Shown piece by piece: positions 54,313 to 64,000 of a stretch of DNA of 64,000 nucleotides. The notes below the pieces were generated by a model. That model was not told the DNA's origin, made no database searches, and saw only the letters and a program-made list of their open reading frames with translations. This DNA comes from Basidiobolus meristosporus CBS 931.73 (taxonomy: Eukaryota > Fungi > Basidiobolomycota). The DNA is taken from assembly GCA_002104905.1 (NCBI GenBank), contig MCFE01000181.1, forward strand, positions 1-64,000, in the 5' to 3' direction. Position numbers and translations under genes: made by a program. Position 1 is the stretch's first letter. The number at the start of each line of letters is the position of its first letter.

Positions 54313-54640
54313 TTAAACTATCCATACAACCACGAGATCAACATCTACCTTGGCGAGGTGCACGTCGTTACCATATTTATGTGTAGTTCGGAATACGAGC
54401 ACAATAACACCATCCCTACCAGTGATGGTTAACCGAAACTTTGGAACATGAGTTAGGGAAAGGTTTCTGCCACTTACCAAGTTATCCATAACCTCTCGCC
54501 ATGTATCACGTTCTAGCGACCAGAGAATTCCTGAGCCCCTATTCCACAATAATGGCGAAAGCTAAGCATTGGCTCCAATGCAACCCGTTGCCAGCCAATA
54601 CCCTTGAGGGACTTCGTTGGAGATGGGTTATCTGAACCAT
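54313..54640 (-). pseudogene. Candidate decayed intron-containing gene fragment
   Basis: A canonical 62-nt intron (54477-54416, GTAAGT...CTAAC...TAG) joins ...GIGWQRVALEPMLSFRHYCGIGAQEFSGR*NVIHGERLWIT to WDGVIVLVFRTTHKY.... There is an in-frame TAG at 54515-54513. Family unknown. Confidence 0.3.
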
Positions 54641-55128
54641 AGCAATGATTAGTAAGGGGACAGTAGGGCTCACAAATAGCGCTTATCATTCCTGATGATG
54701 TGGGAATTCCTAGTAGGGAATCAAGTTTAGTCGTGTAATCTGCTGGAGCTCACTTGCACCAAGCTCGAGTAAACTACAGATTTTCTCACATGCCGAGTAT
54801 CACTTGATTCTAAAATCACGTATGGTAACCATGCTAAGTGCCAGTCAACACCACTCGCTTTTCTTATTTTCATTAAACGCCAATATGTGTTTCCGGTCAT
54901 TTCCCATGCAGCTACTATGCTGGATTCGAGGACAGCCATGTAACCTCGGCCGTGAGTACCTCTAATTCTTTTTTTTGGGTTATTGTTAACCTATAACCAG
55001 AATAGGCAGTATTCTGTAGTTCCTAAAAATCCACCATATCTTTGTAATGGTCAGGTATTCTGCACCTCGGCTCTGATGAACGTTTATTTTGTGGATGCGC
55101 CATCCTACGTATCAGCGCAAGATGGGGT

Positions 55129-57502
55129 TCAGGAATTCTTGAAAGAGCTTCGGATCTCTGACAAACCAGCCTCGACAACTTCTTGAGCTCTTGCCTTATT
55201 AAGGGTCTCAGAGTCGATTCCTTCAGCAAGTGGATTTGCATCGATCAGGCCGTTTGTGACGTGACCGCTGGATTTCAAGATCTCTTGCTTCATCTCGAAT
55301 TCCTCTTTCCGGACAATTTCGTCAACCCAACTGGGTACTGATTTAACAACCACTCGGATAAAGTGTCTGAACAAAAAATACCCATGCTCTGCCAGCACTG
55401 CAGTCACGATACCGTATATTATACGGTGTACATACGTGAGGTGAGGCATTCCAGCTTGGCGATCCCAATGACGAAATTGATATACCAATACAGCGTTGGT
55501 CAAAGAAGAAACCCAGGAGATTATTTGTAGATTGTCTAGCCAGGGCCCAATGGTGTCTGTGCGGCTGGGGATTGGACGTCGTGTGTTAATGCAGATTTTT
55601 GCAGCATCTGACCTTATCTCGACCCAATTATTAGCAAATGCTGTTAACGGTGTCAACGTCCAGATAGAGGAAAACAAGGTAACATAGCCAAATTGTGTGA
55701 TCATCTCCACGTAATCTTCATAAACGTCGTACTCGGGCAGATTACTCTCTTTTACAATTCTGTGAAGGAAATCTTTCTCATCTTCCCGCACATACTCATC
55801 GTAGACTTCACCTGAAGAGCTGCTACTGACTGTATCCTTCAGCTCCATAGCTTTCTTGGATGCATAGCGTATTGCTATGGGGACTATCGTTTCAGTGGCA
55901 AAGTTGATGGCTTGAGCGGTGATTACAAAATACATCAATTGTGCTTGAAGCCTTTCTGGACCAACAATGCGATGCGCAGTTTTGATTGAAGAGCGGCCAA
56001 TAAATTGTTCGAATTGCGTTTCGTACGGGATGTACACCCATGCAACCAAGAATATAGATAGAAAGCCAACGAGGAAGTTCACTAGGCAGATCTTGTAAGT
56101 CAAAAAAGTATTGTACTGAGTATCTGTCTCATGATTTTCGAAGTCATTCAATTTTCGTGCGAGATCAGTATAAGCTTTGCTGAGATATGGAATGCTGGCC
56201 GAATATAGTATGACTGGGAAGAGCGAAAGATATTCATGGTATGGGCCTTGATAGAACTCATTCAGAAAAACCTCTACCGCAAATACCGCACCAACTACCA
56301 GTGAGAACAAAAGTCCTCCAAAGATAATTACGGGGATCGTAATTGTTCTTTTCATCCACGACTCCCAGATGGGGGTAAAATACACCGTTTCTCCAGTTAC
56401 CCGATTGGTTGCAGTACTAGAGGGAATATAAGCTGCGCGGCGTTTTTCGACCTTGGAGCAATTGCGAACATTCCACCAAATAGAGAGTTCACGCTCGCGT
56501 CGTTTCCACAGCTCAATGAACACTACACCCCAGCCAACTACGAAAGAGGAGTATATGATAGAGAACTGTCCATTCATGAAATGGGCCAGGATACCCGCAA
56601 TTGCTGGAATAGCTAAGGAGTAAAAGTAGTACTGGAGAAACTCGAAATAAAAGGCAATCTAGATAGAAACTCATCAACAATCAGTGCTCCGATGTGAATC
56701 GAGATATATTCTAGATACCGTTTCACCGAAGTGATCCCTCAGATTCTGTAAATCTTCCTGTTTGATTCGCCACGAGGTGGACCAACTCCTTAGCCATTGC
56801 TAATTTGCAAGCAAAAGCAGTTAATATCACTCAATCGCATCAAATCCCTGGAGAAAACCATGTTCATACATTGTTGTATGCTCGGTTGTGGATAGGAAAG
56901 AGTGAGTCGATCGCATCTATATTGTCTGGATCAAGACCAGCACACCCATCTGCTTCATCACCAACAATTATTTGATGAATCAAACGTAGACGCTCCGAAT
57001 CCGTCAATCTTGCATCCGACTTCACCTGCTTGTGCAGGGTCTGCGAGATATTTTCGCCTTTTCTTCGTGTGGAGACGCTGACCCCAGCAAGCCAGTCCTG
57101 TATTCTACGATGAAATGAGTAAAATAGAATCAGCAGCAATTAGAATCACAGTACAAACTTGATTTTTTCAAACTCCTGCTCTACTCTCACAGCCGAACAC
57201 AGAATAAACAACAAAAGTTTTCCTGTTGAGCCTTTGCGGACTTCAAATTCCAACCCAGCTTGCTTTATTTTGTCGGTGATACGCTGAAAATTGGTAATAG
57301 CATCTTGCTCGCCTTTTGAACGTTCTTCGGAGGTGGATTTAGGGGTTGGAGGTTCATACTTGAACACCAAAACAAAATCAGCGTAGTAAGTCACCGGATG
57401 ACCAGCTAGTTGTTCTTTGTGGTACTTGAGGAAATTTAGCTTTGGGTTGGAGTCGGGGTATTGCTTCGAGTCCAGCTTCATAGTGCTGATGCTTCCATCC
57501 AT
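55129..57502 (-). CDS. Anoctamin/TMEM16 (Ist2-like) channel or lipid scramblase, multi-exon
   Basis: IRDHFGE...IAFYFEFLQYY; VVFIELWKRRERELSIWW; LNDFENHETD..Y; YDVYEDYVEMITQFGYVTLFS.IWTLTPL.AFANNWVEIRSDAAKIC...RRPIP.R..TIGPW. Confidence 0.92.
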
Positions 57503-59178
57503 TTTTCTTCGACACAAATAGATGCTTCCGGCTTTTATGTGGAATCAAGATTAAATTTTATAAACAGCAAGCGATCTTGATTGTGTTGAGTATTGGGACG
57601 ATATCCCAACGCTATATAAAAAGTGACGTAAAGCTTCTTATTTCATGAAGTGACCTGGCTGTATGTCGTCATAAGACCTAGATAATTTTTAATGAGCAGG
57701 CTAAAGCTATCCTTTCATATTTGATGCCACTGCTAAATTCAAGATTGATCAAATGTAGCAATAGTAATTGTGCTGATTATATGTGTGCAGGTGACAACTA
57801 CCGTCAGCAATGTTGTCATGCAATGAAAATCGGCTATTGGTGAGATCATGCGATTTTCTCGAGCCATCAGTAACATATACGCCCGAACCCCAAACCATAT
57901 GAATCCCTGCTGGTTACGTTCGATAGCATATAGCCACCATTCCAATAGAAACTCAAGGGTAGGTTCCAAGGAAATAACGTACCTCCGAGCTCAACTAATA
58001 TCCAAACTCTCAGGGGAATAATAGCGTTCGGCTTATGGAGATACAGATATCTTTAGGATTGTTGAATTGAGTCAGCGAACTTGAAAATTCAGTTGAGTTT
58101 CAAACAAAAGTAAGCAGAAATAATGCATTCAAGTTACTACTATGTGAGCCTTAGGACACTGGCGATGCAAAATAATGGATGCAATCCCTGAAAATTAAAT
58201 CCCAACCGATATCATACAGCTTTCGCAGATATGTGCAGAATTAGCAGAACGAGGTCCTAAGTAGATAAGATAAGCCTTGGCAGTCACAAAATATAGTTCC
58301 CTAACGGGAAACAAGAGTGATGTATTTACAGTAAGATCGTTTAAGCCGTCTTGGATGAATCCAGTATTTAAAACCATCAAACAAACTGTGCTGATATGAT
58401 TAAACTAGGTTAGGTTTCCGTGATGCTGGATAGTTGCTTAATATTTAAGGGCATATGATCCTTGAATGCTGCATAAATCTGTTGCATTCTATTTCAGCAC
58501 CCATCCTGGTCAAATGTCTCACATAGAAAATCAGGTGACCACTCTTGACGAGATATGGATGCTATAATACTCACCATATAAACCCTGCCCTTAACAATGC
58601 ACTTGCTACCATTGAGTATAGTACAAGACAGCGAATGATGATTGGAAATAACCCGGAGCTTTAGCTTGATAATATCTGGAGCAATGTTACTAAGACTTTA
58701 TAAGCTCAGTATGCACAAGCCTACCTATGATATAGCAGGTTCTTGTCACATACATGTATGACTTCATTAAACGTTTCGACAATTATAATAAATCCTGGAT
58801 AATATAGATACCTAATAATTTTGAATTGTGTTGGTCGGTATTAGAATGGGGTTAGTTCCCATCATCCTTATACTTCAATATCAATAATTAAATTACAATA
58901 TTATACAGATCCACGTAATTCCAGGCAAACATTGTATGATTGTAATTATCCAAGTCAAGAATCAATACATTTGAATGTAATTTGAGCAATGATAAGTGTA
59001 CTGCTGAGTACAGATATCAAGAGTATTACCTTTTATTAACTAAAGCGAAGTTACCTTCTTTCCCTCAACCCTCGCTAAGCAATAGGAGATAGAAGCTCCT
59101 TTTTAATTAAATCTCGATACTTGATAGTTCATCAGCGTTGGGAGCGGGTTTCGATTTTTCTCACGTAAAATCATAGTG

Positions 59179-61511
<2,333 letters not shown>

Positions 61512-63502
61512 TAATGAATCGATCGAGAGAATTCATCATTTACAAATGCACCTCTTCTTCACATCGTCTGCTCTACTTGTAACCTTCACAGTACCTTGTT
61601 TCATTAATTGATATATCCATATCTCATCGTTACCCTATCACTCAGAAATATCCTACATCCAGTCTGCACATTTTTTACTTATTTTAAAACTATGCATACA
61701 CTTAATACTGTCAACAAAAATCGCTTGAAATCCACAATTTTTATCTGATGACGAATGGATTTAAAACCGTGTAGCTGATGCACTGATCCGGGATTCGAGT
61801 TGGCGGGTTTGTCGAACGCGTCTGCCCTCAACAGGAAGAGCCTCGCAATCCAACTATCAATACCCGCACCTTACCACCTGTCCGTTGCAGAAGCGGCGCA
61901 ATGACTTCCAATACCAGTCCTTTCCAAAATATGCGAAGCACCAGAGCAACCCTCCTTTGGGCAGCCCCGTTTGACGGACGAGTGGGGATGTACATATTTG
62001 GGATTCTAGTCGTCGCTTCGAAATGATAGTGCAAGATTCCTTTCTTTAAGTTCACTTCAAACTCGACTTCGACCGGATAAACATTCATGCATGTGTTTGA
62101 AGTACTCTATATAAACACGAAACACGAAACCCGAAACCAGATCTTACCTGAAATGTTGCCCGACAGTAAGGACAGGGCATTTTAGCAATCCGTTCGAGTA
62201 TTGTAATTCCAGCATTTCGTAAATTTCAATTCCCAGAATGCACCTTGCACCTAGGCATGATGACTCCACCAACCAACCAATCATTTAGCGCTGTGGTTGG
62301 TGTGACTGTTCTGAAGTGTAGGGGCAATAACCGGTGGGGAGTGGCCTCCCGTTCAACAAAGGAATGTCATGTAACTTCTAAATCCGGCCGAAGTGATCGA
62401 ACAAAAATAGAAGTCTAATGATTATACTAGGAAGCCTTTCAAACGTCAAGTATGATTTTGATTTCGTTCTTGGCAGCCGCTAATCATTCCTCAGGTCGCC
62501 CGCATATCATGCTCTTTCAAAGGCAGGTGGAAGACGCAGCGCACAGAATTACTGGATCTCAGCAATCCCATGACATCGCCGACAAGAAGACGTTGTCTCA
62601 CCTCCATCTTTTGGCATTTCACCTGCCCGATATCGGCACAGCACTGAGTACCGACCTGACGGTTCGGAATTTGGGAATGATTAGGGGTTGGCGCCGCAGT
62701 CAGATGACCAGGAGATGGAGGGAAAGCATGGGATTCATTGTGGGCGTTTCATCGCATATCTGTTCGATGATCTATACTGTGGAAGTAGCCCTAGTGTGAT
62801 GCATCCGTAAAATATCGCTGCTATCACATCAAATCAAATCCCCCTATTTGGTCTTTCATGTTTGCGAATACTGCAGGATTAAACTTCATTTGTGTTTGTA
62901 TGCTCCTGAGCGTTTCGTTTACCACCAGCTTCCCTTACTCGTACACAACAACCCATTGTCTGAGATGACACAGTACGGATTAGCTAATCCTCTCCCCACA
63001 ATTGCCATTCTGGTATCAGCGCAGTTGCATGGTTAGTCCAGCCAGACCACAACCAACGTCCAATTCGAAATGTATCTAATATGAGTTGGGCCATGAATGC
63101 GATGGCTAGTTGATGTGCGGGCACTTGGCTTTTTGAAAATCTAAAAATACCTGAATCTTGATGGGCTATGGTCAACAGATGCAAAATCTGATCAACTGAA
63201 TACTGGAATACAGTACTCTTACTGGGCTTAACGTCCATATTTGCATCAGGAATATCTATTATGACAAACAGTGGTAGTACCTGTTTCGCAGATTTCCATA
63301 TATGTAGAAGCCATTCAAAACGTTACCCAACACGGGCCCAGGCTATAGTCTTATAAATCACACACTTCATCTAGCTGCTAACCTGTCTGTACACAAATCC
63401 ACTCTTCTCCTGTATTCAGGCGATACATTTAAATATCCACCCTCACTTGGCTGATAATCAAACTCTTTTCGCATCAACTCTGCCCACAAGAACCACCCAC
63501 TG

Positions 63503-64000
63503 ATGAAGAATACGAAAGGGTTCATTAACCTTGGACTGCATTCTGGCGCAGTAACTGGCAATCTAGGACTGGTAAAATTTGCCTTGGATCATGGCCAGGC
63601 GATCAATTCTGTTATCAAGGGGATTCTTCCCATACATGCTGCATGTTGTAGCGGCAACGTTATCGTTGTTGAATATCTTATTCACAGAGGGGCCGATGTG
63701 AATATCCCAAGGTAGGGAGTCTCTCCACGTGGCTATGGATCTACTGATACTTACCAATGCTCCGTTCTAGCTGCTCGAAAGCATACACCGGTCACATGGA
63801 TGGAATAAAAAAGGACAATTACCTGGGGTTTTCTGCGCTCCACTACGCAGTCGCTAATGGGGATGTTCGCATGGTGGAATTACTACTCCACCATGGAGCC
63901 ATAGTGGACAACCCCGACAAATATGGCACCACTCCGCTCACCATTGCCGTAGCTAAACAGTATCTTAGCCTCGCAATTTTACTTCAAAAGCATCAGCACT
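63503..64000 (+). CDS. Ankyrin-repeat protein (5' part, runs off the window)
   Basis: GLHSGAVTGNLGLVKFALDHG...LPIHAACCSGNVIVVEYLIHRGADVN | ... SALHYAVANGDVRMVELLLHHGAIVD..DKYGTTPLTIAV. Confidence 0.85.

Noticed and set aside
62984-63100. LDVGCG methyltransferase-like motif in a minus-strand frame
   Set aside because: It is surrounded by multiple stops and I found no further SAM-MTase motifs. It cannot be distinguished from chance.

Overview
Eukaryotic (fungal) genomic DNA with short 55-70 nt GT-AG introns. Retention of TMEM230/134, WDR91, UVRAG and carboxypeptidase Q plus a tandem-PAS gene suggests an early-diverging fungus (Zoopagomycota/Mucoromycota-like; inference only). Two strongly CpG-depleted repeat islands are present. 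Island 1 (1-5340) holds 3' pieces of non-LTR (LINE-type) elements ending in AATAAA + hairpin + telomere-like CCCTAA, interrupted by a structurally complete 3.3-kb Copia-type LTR element (349-bp LTRs, CTTTA TSD, half-tRNA-iMet PBS, no recognisable pol). Island 2 (18965-22884) is a nest of about ten LTR copies plus a split copia gag. About 16 host genes lie between and beyond them: TMEM230/134, ATF-type bZIP, a Cys-rich/TM/SH3 receptor-like protein, WDR91, a WW protein, a Pcl-type cyclin, a THEM4-like thioesterase, UVRAG, a tandem-PAS protein, a CorA Mg transporter, DES1, ARL1, an SPX-ACT-phosphoserine phosphatase fusion, carboxypeptidase Q, an anoctamin, an SRPK and a partial ankyrin-repeat gene. 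The most interesting items are the SPX-ACT-SerB fusion and the CCCTAA-tailed head-to-tail retroelement array. All identifications come from manual motif recognition; no database searches were run.
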